DNA from: the human T2T-CHM13v2.0 reference genome, Homo sapiens
Direction: 5' to 3' (one strand)
NCBI RefSeq assembly: GCF_009914755.1
Contig: NC_060938.1
Length of the DNA stretch: 64,000 nucleotides
Shown: piece after piece, positions 1 to 13,349 of the stretch
Numbering within the stretch: position 1 is the stretch's first letter
Layout of the letters: the number at the start of each line of letters is the position of its first letter
Made by a program: the position numbers and the translations under genes
The notes under the pieces: generated by a model
The model's database searches: none
Told to the model about the DNA's origin: nothing
Seen by the model: the letters and a program-made list of their open reading frames with translations, nothing else

Positions 1-429
1 GTGTTTAAGCTGAAGGACGATGTTGATATTCCCTATTGTAATATTTTCTCTGTGCGTTTACCCTCCTTGCTTCTCTGAGAGAGACAGAGGAGGAAGGCAG
101 TCCTGGAAAGGGCTTTTTTGCCTCTCTAATTCACATCTTCTGTGCCAGCTGTCATTACTGATTCCCTTGAAGTGAAAGGTCATGGCAGACTAATGCTTTC
201 TTGAAGTATGGCCGGTAAAGCTGCGATCTAGTGCATCCACCCTTCCATTTGTTTCCCCGATTTCCAGGCAAGGCTTAGAAATGCTTAGTAGGACTTTGAT
301 ACATAGTCGCCTAGGAAACAGTGACTTATTTTATCTAAAATATTGTATCATAAAGTGTGTTTCAAAATAAAATTTCAAATAAATTAAAATAGAAATTTCA
401 AAATAAAAATAGCTAAAATCTGTTAAATA

Positions 430-655
430 CCCTCTGTCAGGCTTTAGTGAAAATCCTTTACCATATTAAAGTTTAATCGACACAACACCCTCCTAAGTTG
501 GTACCTTGTTGTCTTCCTCATTTTATAGATGAGAAAGCAGAGGCATGGAGAAGATAAAGATGGATCTATGTACTTATCTTTCCCAACACCCAAATTTAGT
601 AAGTGGCAGAGCTGGGATTTGAACTCAGGTCAGAATAGGTCTTGAACCACTATGA
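430..655 (-). mobile_element. MIR SINE fragment
   Basis: MIR core in antisense: cctcattttatagatgagaaagcagaggc ... agtaagtggcagagctgggatttgaactcagg. Confidence 0.7.
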
Positions 656-1130
656 ATCACTCTGTTAATCACATGCTCCTTTGAGCAGGAACTAAACATA
701 GGCATTTAGATAAGGAAACGTGCAAATAAGGTGACTTGACTTTGAGGGGTTAATAATTATTGACCTATATACTATTTAGTAGTTTTAGGTTCTTGGCTCA
801 AATAATTAGTTAGGGAAACAATGAGAAAATGAGAATACAAGTCAGGGTGTTAGGAATGAATTAAGACAAAGAGGTTCCAGCTCACGAGCATGACTTCAGA
901 TGGCCTCTGATATACAAAACAATGGCTGCCAATGCCAAAAAGCTTTATTCGTATTTTCATGACTTTATCTTAAGGCATTAATACCTGTTAAAATCCCAAA
1001 TGTCCTAATAGGGAAGCAGGGAGGGGGGTATGGGGAGGGAGGGCAAGAATAAACTGAAATACTCATTCAACCAGTGATTTACAGAACTATGCAAATTACA
1101 AAGTGACAACTACCTATACTTTAACAGAGG

Positions 1131-1562
1131 TGTCTTGGGGTCTGATTCTCTGGAAGCAGAGCCTAAGATGGGATTCTTGGGCGGGTGCAGTAGTGAGGGA
1201 GTGCTCTCAAGTGAAACCTGTGAGAGACCGAGGGACACAGGACAGGGCAGGGGAAGGACAGCCTCAGTCTGATCCCATGGGGAGCTCTGGAGCAGAAACT
1301 CTCCATGGAATTAAGGAAAGCGGTTGGCCTTTTGTACCCCAGATAAGTCAGTCATTGACTTATTCCCCTACCACCCTCTCCTTCCTAGTATAGCCTCCCA
1401 GACATTTCCAGAAGACTTGGCTCCCAGAGACTGAGAGTAATGCTTGAGAGAATGATACAGCTGTAAACAATTGGCAGCCATACTTTCAGCAGCTGGGGAA
1501 TGAGTGATTGACCCTATAAAAGGAAGGGGTAGTAGAAAGGCACCCCAACACCGTGTACCACA
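1131..1562 (-). mobile_element. ERVL solo LTR, LTR16-like
   Basis: gaagcagagcctaagatgggattcttgg...gagggagtgctctc and gatcccatggggagctctggagc resemble the LTR16 family in antisense; TG...CA ends. Confidence 0.6.
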
Positions 1563-2123
1563 AAGGACTTCCACAAAATACTCTGAGAGAATAGAAGAGG
1601 AAAGATAAATTCCACCTGGTGGTGATGATATTTATAGTTATTAACAGTGTAGTATGAATAAGGCATTTGAGTTATAAAGGTGTGTGTGTGTAAGAGAGAG
1701 GGAGATGGAGGGAGAGAGGGAAGAAGAGAGCATTAAGTGGAAAAGGGAGAGATGGAAGGGACTTCCTACTTCAAAATTCTGCTCTAGTATTTAAAAAGCT
1801 TAATTACATAGGTTTTTAGAATTCACCAGAAGAGGAATGAGGACCATTGATAAGGTGGCTGGATTACATGTTTTCCCTCTGGAAGATCGTAATTAAAGAA
1901 CAGCTTTGGTTTTCTTTTTTGTTTTTTAAAATAACTTTGTGGCTTTAGCCTGTTAAGCACATATCACAACCATGAGTTATTTGACAGGCCATCCTAGAAT
2001 GGACGATGTCCTGTCTGCAGATATCTCAGGTCAGCCAGTTTGAGAAGTGAACACCTTTCTGGATGGATGGCAGGCAGAAGACAGGGATCACTGGAAATAC
2101 CAAATACCCTCTAAGTATAGGGC

Positions 2124-2770
2124 TGAAAGGAATGCCTCCCCTTCACCCTCTGAATGTTCCTTGAAAATCAAGTGACAAAAGGAAGATTAATAGGATAAAA
2201 AGCATAGAAATTTATTTGATCATAATTTTAGATGACTATGGGAACCTTTAGAATGAAGACCCCAAAATACAGAGAAGCTGTCTGTTTGTGTGCTTAGGTT
2301 CAACAAAGAAGTATGGACAGTCATATAGAAATACGACTGGATAAAAAGGGTCTGATCTAAGGCTCATAGATTGAATGGGGAAACCCAGCAAGGCCTCTCT
2401 GTTCCGATTCTTCTTGGCCTCTCTGTGCAGCATTTCTTCCTCCTGGGTATAAGGCAGAACTCTCTTTGGAATGAGGGTCTTAAGTCCTACAGTCAAACGG
2501 GATAGGTCAGAGAATTTCTTTATGGCCAGTTTTCACACAGAAAGGCAAAGGGAAAGAGAGTAGTATTTAGGTCTCATGGCTGGCTTCAGGGAAAGGGGGT
2601 TCTGGTTTCCATGACTCACCTTGGGGAAGAAGGATTCTGATTCCTGTGGCTAGCCGTGGGGGGAGAAGGAGAGGCCAGAGACAAGAGAGCAGGAGGTCAG
2701 AAAGAGTCCTTTGCTTCTGAGGCTTTCATTTGGGTATTGTTTTCGGAGCCCCAGGAGAAGCTTCCCAACA
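2124..2770 (-). mobile_element. ERV1 solo LTR, MER39/MER39B-like
   Basis: Reverse complement reads tggggctccgaaaacaatacccaaatgaaagcctcagaagcaaagg...gctagccacaggaatcagaatcc...ccagaaccccctttcc, as in MER39-group LTRs. Confidence 0.7.
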
Positions 2771-3594
2771 GCCTTGTAGATAACATGCTTAAAAAAGGAT
2801 AATAATTCCACCAATGCTAATAATGTAGAGATTTGGAGCACAAATATTTATTAAAAAATACCTGATTTTAAAAAATTCCTCCCTGGTTTGCTTGCTCTAC
2901 CATCTGGTTCCACACTTACTAGAGCAGTATTAGCATAATTAAATTAGCACTTTTCTATCTCACCTTCCTCTGTTCTGGCATGTACTGTAATATATCCATT
3001 TGGGGGGACAATATTGTTTGACAAGCTATTTATAAAATTAAGTTAGTTATATTCCTTATTAATGTAATCTGAAATAAAGGATGGGCTCTTGAATGATCCT
3101 TAATGACTTTTTCAAAGAGAAAGTAGAAAAAAAAAGATCAAGCTGATTGTTATTACTATGATATTGTTCTGTTTTTTCTTTTTTCCAAAACATAGATAAA
3201 TTAAGTGACTGTAAATTTTCAACAACAATGAATAAGCTGATGAAGATCAAGGTGATGCCTTCAAGTGCTCATCAAATTCCAGGCTTGGGGCCAGCCTCCT
3301 TGCGTAGCACTTGTAATCTTTTTTCTCCTGCCAGAAATCATGTTTCTCAATCCTGTTTTGCTCAGCATCTTAGGCAAATCATGGCTTGAATTGTACACAT
3401 GATTTTAATATAATATTCAGCAGTCTTTTCTTAAAGACTCAGTCGCTGTACATTTCTTCCACAAAGAACACCACCTTCTTGATCACAGTACTCATAATTA
3501 TAGCAGTGGGATATTCATGACCTTTGTCTAAACTACTTAGTTTGGCTACAGATTTAGTTTCTGAATTAGAGTCATAATCTTAAGTATCTCTTAG

Positions 3595-3926
<332 letters not shown>

Positions 3927-4569
3927 TAATTTTACAAGCATTTACTTTGTTTCATCAAAATATCACTGGAATTCTGGTAGACAACACGTTGCAAGAAGTG
4001 AATAGTCTTCCTCCAAAGCAGTTACTTTGGGAGAAACAAAACTCTACCAAAGGGTAGTGATACTGACAGTTTTGCTTAAAAAAGAATCGAAATCTCTTTA
4101 CAATTTTACAAAGCAGAATTATGTCAGCTAAACTGTTGTCTTGACTAATTCCTCCCCTTACTTTGGCCCAGCATTTCCAATTTACTTCCCACTTTCTCGC
4201 CAATTAAATTACTTGGTATATTCTTTCAATTGCTGTTGCCACCTGTGGATCTTTCTGCAGTCCTGGTCCCTGACGGTCCATGTGTTTGTGCCATTGACTT
4301 CCTGATCTCTAACTCCAGTGGCTGGTCTGCACAGTGTGTGGCTTGACTCCTCTGGGAGCCTTTGACTGTGTGGGCTGTCCCCTGACTCCCCCGCTCTTCC
4401 CCAGACTCACTGTCTCCCACTGGTTTCTGGTGCAAATCTCCTCTCTTTTAAATCTCTTGGCACTTTCTTCCTTTTGTTGGTTCTGAGTTCATCCTCTGCT
4501 GGCCTCCCTTAAACAGGGGCCTCTCTCAACCTTTCTCTGTAGGTCTCTTCTGTTCTCAGTCCACACAGG

Positions 4570-4750
4570 GTAGGAGTTAAAAGCTGTAGAAGTGGAATAA
4601 AATCTAGGTTTGAATCCTGACTCTGCTCTTTATAGGCTCTATGACTTGGAGAAAATTTCAGAGGCCCCATTTTCTTATCTATAAATTGGAAGCTATAATA
4701 TTTATTCCATCTTGAACAACCTAGAGAATTATGTGATTTTTTTAAAGTAA
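4570..4750 (+). mobile_element. MIR fragment
   Basis: ctaggtttgaatcctgactctgc...gacttgga...ttttcttatctataaattgg. Confidence 0.6.
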
Positions 4751-4949
4751 ACATTCATTTCTCATCTGGCCCTTCTAAGAGATACTTAAGATTATGACTC
4801 TGATTCAGAAACTAAATCTGTAGTCAAACCAAATAGTTTAGACAAAGGTCATGAATATCCCACTGCTATAGTGCTATAGGGCTTGTATGTAGAATAAACT
4901 CATTAAAAATGATAGATTTGGCTTTAATCTCTGGATAAACAATTCTGTA

Positions 4950-5062
4950 TTCCCTAGATTGTAACTACCTGAAGGCAGGGGTACTTGTTTTGTTGTATCT
5001 CCAGGACCGGAATAAGTGCATGGCATGTGGTAAGCAGTCACTCAGTGGTTGCTGAATGAATG
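4950..5062 (+). mobile_element. L2 LINE 3' end
   Basis: ctagattgtaa..cctgaaggcaggg...gtatctccagga...gttgctgaatgaatg, the typical L2 terminus. Confidence 0.65.
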
Positions 5063-5175
5063 TCCAACGAAAAAACTTTCAATGAAATAGTGACTCCCAA
5101 ATCTGGTTGACTATACTGATTTCTCATCTAAATTCTAGACCCCAATTTCCTAACTCTTTCCCTGTAGTTTTATGA

Positions 5176-5551
5176 TGTTAAAATGTCAGACAAATTAAAT
5201 TTAACAGAATGATTTGCAAATCGGACAGCCCCCTTTCCCCAAACCAGAAGATGCTGTTTGGAGAGACACTACACTGTGGCATGGCCAGAGAGGATTTATG
5301 GACAGAAAAAAAGAAAGTGACACACAGGAAACGCAAGTGTGGTACAGAAACAGCAGGATTGGTTACAGCTCAGTGTTTGCCTTATTTGAATATGGTTTGA
5401 ACAGTTGGCTGCCTTTGGCCAAAACACAGTGATTGGTACAAGAGTAGGTTACAGTCTGTTTACACAGTTACAGTTCACTATGTACGGAGAAACATTTAGG
5501 CTGGACTTAGAATATGTAAGGAGGCAGCATTAGGCTAAATTGAATTTAACA
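5176..5551 (-). mobile_element. ERV1 solo LTR, MER57-like (apparently inserted in an old L2)
   Basis: Reverse complement starts tgttaaattcaatttagcctaatgctgcctccttacatattc...gtacatagtgaactgtaac (MER57 5' end); flanks ~5085-5175 and ~5552-5870 look L2-like. Confidence 0.8.
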
Positions 5552-7739
5552 CCAGACATCTCAAGGTAAACATGTCCGTGAACATGCTCTTTTCCTAGCC
5601 TGTATCTCCTTTCCTATTAATACTACCATCAATTAACTGCCTGCCATCCTAATTTCCCTCCCCTTTTCTCTGGCCTCCCATATCTAGCTGGCTTCCAAGT
5701 CCTAATTATCTTTACAATTGGCCGCTACCCGCTGTTTCCATAGACCCTGCCTCAGTTCAGACCCATCCCCTTCTCATATGCATTATTCTTCTCACTTCAT
5801 AACTAGCCTCCTTTTAGTCTTGACTTAAAGCATTACCTAAGCTGATCCAAGCACAAGCTTTATAAAACTCAGAGTCATCTCAGTTGCATAAATGATATAG
5901 CTAAACACCCATACTCTGAGGGAAGGTTCTCCCAGCTGGCCAGGAAATGAGTTTAGAGTTTAGGCAGGCTCTGGAATTTAGGCCTCCTGCTTTTCACACC
6001 TAAGCTTCTTCCTTGGACCACAGTGCCTCCCCGTAAGGAAATAGATGCCAGGACTCTAGCAACTTTTTTAAAGGGCTACATTTTTATATAAGAAAAGTTC
6101 AAGGATCTTTTATCATTTCATTAGTTGGAGAAGCTAAAACAATGCACAGAATTTAAGTCATAGATGCACGATAGTGGCAGTGTCTATGCAAGTTCTCAAA
6201 TCTGAATCATGAGTTTGCTGCTTTTCTCTTGACCCTTTCTTGCTTCTCTGAATTTACAAATGTGCATGTGAGAAAACATGCTTCTCTTTAAAGATCCAAG
6301 GGTAAGAGAGAAAATAAGAATCCAGATAATAAAGTATAGCTACAAAAGGGAGCCCACTTAGTTTGGAAAAACCATTACTGTATCAGAATGATGAATCTGC
6401 AAGTGACTTGCATGAACATATTTTATGTGCCCGCCAGCATGTTTTTTGTGGTTCCCTGCAGCAGATATTGCTCTTTTATTACTCGTTAACCACTTAAAAT
6501 CCAGCCCAATTTTAACAGTGCTAAAAGAGCAAGAAAATTTATTTTAAAGAAAAAGGCTACATTCTTCTAAACTGGAGTCATAATATTAATACTTAAAATG
6601 CATGGCAACATGCTGGGAAAATGGGATAGTTATTTAGATATATTATAAAATGTAGCCCACCACTTTGATGTGATTCACTAGTATTTCACCAAACCAATTT
6701 AACAGTACCCTGTAGAGAGGGAATAGTGCAATTAAAATTAGTAACAGAGATTTTCACATGCATAGATCTAAATCAGGGTAGGTTGATAATGAATTAAGTA
6801 ATTTTGCTTCCTTGTGAAGTCACATCCATAATAGATTCATCCAGGATGGAATTCATGTTTAAAGGACCTGTCTACTCACAGTATTCTGACTCAATTGACA
6901 ATATTCCTGGTTGTTTTCCTTTTCTTTTTTGCTTTTTCAGTTTGGCTTTGATGACAGAATTTAAAGTGGATAGTCATAATAAATTAGTATAATCTGACTA
7001 TTTGATCTGTTTCAGCAAAGGCCAACTCTTTTCAAAACATAATTTCACAAATCTAATTTTTAAGAAATCAAAGCCACACAACTATATGTGAGTCCTTAGA
7101 TATGATAAATATATGCTCTATAACTTTTTGGTGTGAGAGCACACAATAAAGTTATTCACATATTCCCAGTACTTAGTTTCATATGAAAACACCAAGGGTA
7201 CCTACATTGGTTTGACCCTACTGGGGTACTCTATATTGATACTTACAGTTTCACGCTTTCTGTTCTGAGATGAACTGTGTCTGCAACAGTTGGTAGCACC
7301 TACACACTGTGTGCATGACCACATCACCATTAGATCTTAGGTTATGTTAGTCATTTCTACATCGAAAGTAGGGTTAATTTGACCTGAGAAAGTTGATAAA
7401 GAGCTATGGATATACTATTTCTGTGACTTGCAAAAAGTGTTAAACGTACTTACAAGGAGAACACGGGAGTAGTGAGGATGGGAATGAATGCAGTTAACAC
7501 AGTAATAAGAAGGAAGAAATTACTCTTTGTTCACTGTGGCCATCTGCAAGGTTTGTGTAGTATCTCTTGTAGATCTTATCTGAAATTGGTAACCTTCTGC
7601 CATACCAGAAGGAAATGCAAAATCAACCATTTGTTCTAGTCCTCCCATCTCCCTATTATGAACAATAATATTTATTTTTAATAATGGTGTCCCAGTTTTA
7701 ATGAAGTAATTTTTTTAAAAAACTCATGAATTTCAAAGC

Positions 7740-7945
7740 CACAGAAGTGTTGATTCTGGGATAAATCCCAAGTTTACCACTTCCTAACTCTGAGATCCTA
7801 AATAAGTTACTTCTTTTTTTTTCCCTGAGCTTCATTTAGTTCCTTCCTTTGTAAAATGAGTGTAATAATGGCAATTATTTCACAGGATTATTGTGAGGAT
7901 CAAAGATAATGAACATATCATACTTGGCATATAGAAGGTAATTTA
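7740..7945 (+). mobile_element. MIR fragment
   Basis: aagttacttc...ctgagcttc...gtaaaatgagtgtaataatgg...cacaggattattgtgaggatcaaagataat. Confidence 0.7.
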
Positions 7946-8114
7946 TAAATTATTATAAATAGAAATTATGATTATTTTCTCATGCTTTAAGATAAATGAT
8001 ACTATGACAGCAGAATGTCTGTAAACATATATTCTTCTCATAGAAAATTTTGTTTCTTCTAAGGTAGAATTCTGCTTTCTGAGGGAATGATTGGTAGATT
8101 GTAAAATTTCTTGA

Positions 8115-8335
8115 TTTGTTGATTCACTCACCAAACACTCATAGAGTGCCTACTATGTGCCTACTATGTAAACATAACAAAGCCATACCTCCACCAGAGC
8201 TTACATTCTAGCAGAGAGAAATAGACAAATGCACATGTAATGCCATGATAAATGCTGCAAAGAAAAATCAAGCAGTATAGGGTGACAGAGAGTAATAGGG
8301 GATGATATTTTAGATAGTGTTCCAAGTATTTTTCT
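8115..8335 (-). mobile_element. L2 3' fragment
   Basis: attcactcaccaaacactcatagagtgcctactatgtgcc...gagcttacattctag. Confidence 0.7.
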
Positions 8336-8575
8336 CTTACAAAGAAAATCCAGAAACACAAAAATACCAGCCATTAACAAAAGAAAGACCCTTATTTCTA
8401 TTTTATAGAGTTGCTTGATTCCCAGCAGATATGCTCAAGTGTGGAGGCAGTGTGGTCAAATGGAGGATACATGGGTGTTGACAAGCAAGAAGTCTTTCTA
8501 GTCCCAGCTCTGGCACTGATTAACTGGCTACCATATGCAGTTCACTGTATCTGAGTTTCAATTATTTATTTTTCA

Positions 8576-9735
8576 GAATTATCAAGTACTTATTTAGTGC
8601 CTGCTGTATGCTGGGTACTTGGAACAGGCAAATGAACCAAACAAAACTCTGCTTTCATGGAACTTACCTTCTGCCAGAGAAGAAAGTCAACAAATACATA
8701 TGTGATATTAGGGAAAGTGCTATAAAAATATAAGGGGCTAGGTAAAAGGAATAGAGTACAATAGGGGATGACATTTTTGATGGGATGCCAAATGTTTAGC
8801 TTCTCTGAGAGGCAACATTTAAGCAGGAACCTCAATGAAGTGATGGAGCAAGTGATACAGATCCCTGAGAAGAGGCCACTGAGGGGGCAACATGCAGAGC
8901 CCTCATGGGAGTAGGCTTGATGGAATCTGGGAAAGGCAAGGAGGTTGGAATTGCTGGAGCAGAATGAGAAAGGGGTGAGTTTGGAGTAGTAGCCAGGACC
9001 AGACAGAGGCTTTGGATTTTCTAAGAGGGAAGGGAGGATGTTGGGAGGGTTCAGGATGGGTATAGACCTGATCTGAGTGATAAAAAGATTACACTAGTTG
9101 TTGTGTAGACAGTATACTAGGAAAGGTTAAAGTGGAAGCAGAGAGACTAGTTCAGAGGACCGTTGCAGAGGTTCGGGTTGCAGAGGTTCGGGTGAGAGAG
9201 AAGGGTGGCGTACACTAAGGTATGGTGAAGGGGGCGAGAAGGAATGAAATTCAGGTTATATTTTGAAGGCTAAACTCAGCATAATCTGTTAATTGGATGT
9301 GGATTTGAGAGACAAGAAAGACAAGGCTGTTTCCAAAGCTTTTTGCCTGAGCTATTGTGAAGTCCTTAGGAAACACACGAGTTTGGAATGGAGGGAATCT
9401 GGAGTTCAACTCTGCACAAGTTAACTTTAAGGAGATGTCATGTCAATACAATGGGATGTGAATCTATAGTAAGATTGGAGGTTGGGGCTGTGGAAGTATA
9501 CATTTCAGAGTTATCAGTATGTATCTGGCATTTACAGTCAGAAGGCTACGTGATGTCACCTAGAGATAAATGTGTAGAGAAGGATGAGTTCTGGGAAAGG
9601 ATCTCTAGACCTGCCAATATTTATAGATCAGAAAATGATGAGGACTTTGGGAAGATCCAGCCAATGACTTGATAGGACAATAGGAAGATTTCAGAGTCCT
9701 AGAAGCCAAGTAAAAAAAAAAAAAAGTATCTCAAG
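8576..9735 (-). mobile_element. L2 (L2a-like) long 3' fragment
   Basis: tatttagtgcctgctgtatgctggg...ctgctttcatggaacttaccttct...gatccctgagaagagg...ttcaggttatattttgaagg...agtcctagaagccaagt. Confidence 0.75.
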
Positions 9736-10236
9736 AACGATAAGGGGAAAAAAAAGAATGATATGAAAGATACAACAAATATATGAAAATCATTTTGAGG
9801 ATATAAAAACCACTACTCTAACAATTCTTCTGGCTCTTCTTAATTTTACAATCTGGTGTGAATAAATGGTACTCACTTTCTAATTACAGTACTTAAAGAT
9901 TGAGCATATCTCTAAAGCATGACTGACAAAAAAAGGAAAGTAAACAGATTTTAAATTAAAGCATTCTAAGTTCAGTGATATTCAACTCAAATATATCATA
10001 CCACATTTTGAAGTAAATGCTTTTATCTTAAAAAATGTTAAGAAGCTCTACGTAAAATTTTAATGCGAGTGTGTATATAATTTGCATGAGCAGAAAGGAC
10101 ACGAAGATTTCTTCTTGAAGAGCAGCATAATAATAGACATGAAAAGAATCACAAACATCACAGTTAAATGAGGTCAAACCCACGAAATAACTGTAAATAT
10201 TTCTAAGTTAAAAAGCTTATTCCTATGTAAAAGTAC

Positions 10237-10421
10237 CAGTGGTTCTCAAACTTCAGTGTTAATCAGAATCACCTGGAGAGCTTATTAAACACAGATTTCT
10301 GGGTCCCACCCTCAGGGTTGCTGATTCAGTAGGTCTGGTTTTGGCCTGAGAATTCACATTTCTAACAAGTTCTCAGGGTATTTCATGCTGGTGGTTCCGG
10401 GACCATACTTAGAAATCTCTG
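10237..10421. mobile_element. MER5A hAT-Charlie MITE
   Basis: cagtggttctcaaactt...atcagaatcacctggagagcttattaaacacagattt...gattcagtaggtctgg...catttctaacaagttctcagg. Confidence 0.85.
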
Positions 10422-10499
10422 GATAAACTATAGCTCCTAGGGCAGAGCTCCTCTTTACTTTATGTTTGTTAAAGGTAATAATAATAATGACTATTTCAT

Positions 10500-10690
10500 T
10501 TAATAATGTATTCATTTAATAATGTACCAGGCACAATGCTAATCATTTTGAACTTATTTCATCCTAAAAAGAATCCTACGAGATAGTTGTCACTTTAGGT
10601 ACATGGACACGGAGGTTGGAAGGAGTTGACTAACTCGCCTAGAGTCACCAGCTAATCGCTAATGAAGCTGCCAATACAACTTTTCTCTGC
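10500..10690 (-). mobile_element. MIR fragment
   Basis: tgtaccaggcacaatgctaa...aatcctacgagatag...taactcgcctagagtcaccagcta. Confidence 0.55.
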
Positions 10691-10711
10691 CAGAACAATA
10701 CTGGCTAGAAC

Positions 10712-10870
10712 CTTCTTCCTCAAAGTGTGGTCCATGAATCAACCTCATTGATGTTACCCGGGAGCTTGTTAGACATGCAGCATCTTAGACATACTGAATC
10801 AGATTCTGCAATTTAACAAGATCTTCAGGTGATTCATATCACCTTTTCACCCTGGAATTTGGAAAGCATA
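10712..10870. mobile_element. MER5B/MER5A1-like hAT MITE
   Basis: ctcaaagtgtggtcc...gggagcttgttagacatgcag...tactgaatcagattctgcaatttaacaagatcttcaggtgattc. Confidence 0.65.
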
Positions 10871-11349
10871 GGGGTAGAGAGCTTTTTAGCATAACTCGGA
10901 GCGCATAGGCAATCAAGAAAACATTGGGGGGAAGGAACAGTTCAGAAAAATAGTTGGGATCTTGCATTATGTAATGTCAGAATACAAAGTATTCTACCCT
11001 GGGAATGAAATATCCAAAATGCCCAAAATAGCAGGTTGAATCGCACAAAATTGCCAGTATTTAACTCTTTTTGAACTGCAAAAAAATCATTTTAAAACCT
11101 AATAATTAGAGTGAGGAACCCAAATTGAAATGCCTGTGAGACCCAAAGATAGATTGCAAATGAATAATGGCAGCTGATATGCTTTATTGAAATGAATGAA
11201 AAACAAATGTCAGAAGCTCTGCAGCCTAACACTGTGTGAAGGCAAGCGTGTATGCTGAATGGGCGTGGCCTGTTACCTTGCAGTTCTTGAGTTCTGGCGG
11301 AGAGTCTCAGCACACAAGAAGCTTATCTCTGAGTAGCTTCCTTGGTAGT

Positions 11350-11470
11350 GGGTACCTGTCCAGGGACCAGTACCTGTTTTCACCCATTTATTCCAGTGTA
11401 ATTATAAACATACCCCTTTTACTCTCCTCTCAAGGGTCTCCTTTTGGGTGACAAATTGTATGGTCACCCA
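11350..11470 (-). mobile_element. MER94-like hAT-Blackjack MITE
   Basis: Terminal tatggtcaccc; reverse complement gggtgaccatacaatttgtc...aaaagggg...taattacactgg follows the MER94 layout. Confidence 0.6.
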
Positions 11471-11654
11471 ACTTATAAGAAACTTGGAAAAAAGTAATGT
11501 TCAGAAAACTATGTGTATTAAAATAATAGCAAAATTGATTATAATTATATATTTAAGATTTAAGCATTAGTGTTGTAAAATGAAAGAAAGGTTGTTTATT
11601 ACAGTTGGTCCTAAGATTAAGAGCCATGCCAATACTGAGGAGAAAGCAGATGAT

Positions 11655-11845
11655 GAGCCTCGGAAGACCTGAGTTTTGACCGTGGTTTTGCCACTAGCTA
11701 TGAGACACTGGAAAAGTCAGTGAAGTTCACGGAGTCTCTGTTTCTTTATCTATGAAATAGAAATAGTAAAGGCTGCTTTACTGACTCTGATGCCATGTTA
11801 TGTGGATTATATAACATAGATGGAAACATTTTGAAAGTGTTAAGG
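11655..11845 (+). mobile_element. MIR fragment
   Basis: ggaagacctgagtttt...gccactagctatgag...gagtctctgtttctttatctatgaaatag. Confidence 0.65.
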
Positions 11846-12362
11846 AAGTACAAAGGGTGTTCCTACTGGGCCAATAATATGTTGTCAAGAAAGGAAGAAG
11901 GGGAAAAAACAGGTAACTTTTGAGAAAGTACAGAAAGGATATTCTGCTGCTTCAAATTAAACTACAAAAGATAACTATTGGTAACGCAGCTAGTCCTCTT
12001 CTTTACGTGGGTGGTTGGGGGTGAGTCACCACTCAAGTTCAGTGAATTGTGCCAGGAGATACTCTGCCCATCAAAGCTCATCATTAGCGTGTCATGCAGT
12101 TAGCAATTGTAATCAGAAGGAATTTACAAGAAGTGAAAGTAAAATACCAAAACTTAATGTAAAACCATTACTCCTTATATATACCAAATTCTTGTTGAAA
12201 CAAGTTATTGACTTTTGTCTGTAACTGGATTTGTGCCTCTGATACTAAGGAGATAAGAGTTCACTTGATGCCCTCCTCTTCTTACGGTAGTGAAGCTGGA
12301 TACATTTGTCTGAGGGTTTTCTGGGAACCATTTGTTTTGTAGTCAGTGACTTTCTGTTTCTA

Positions 12363-12882
<520 letters not shown>

Positions 12883-13349
12883 TCATTAAGTCAGGACTAA
12901 GAATTTTTTCTTCTTTGTCACAATTTTCCTGGTTTGTTACCCAGAATGGGTAAAAAACATTCATAATAAACTGATTAACTTCAATATAATTTAAAACTTC
13001 TCTGGCTTGAATATTACATTTATTTATCTAGTAGTATGCGTTGGCCACAGGTATTTTAATTTTACTTGTGCAAACTTTGACAGTTACAGAATATATGAAC
13101 AAGAGGCCAGTCGTTTGTGAGTATGGGGTAATCAAACCTGTAACTTATTAATTCAAGTTTTTTTGCTAATGCTGGGTACCTCAGTCTTTTCTGTTCCATT
13201 GAAGGATAATGTTCTAAGTCTGTCAAGTGTCCCCAGTAGCTGTATATGCCACAAAAGAATGGCCAAGAACTCCATGGCCTTAGAGAAGCAGTAATGCTAA
13301 AGCCAGTCTATTTGTTTGACTATATTAGAGTCCATAAAAAGCTTACTCA

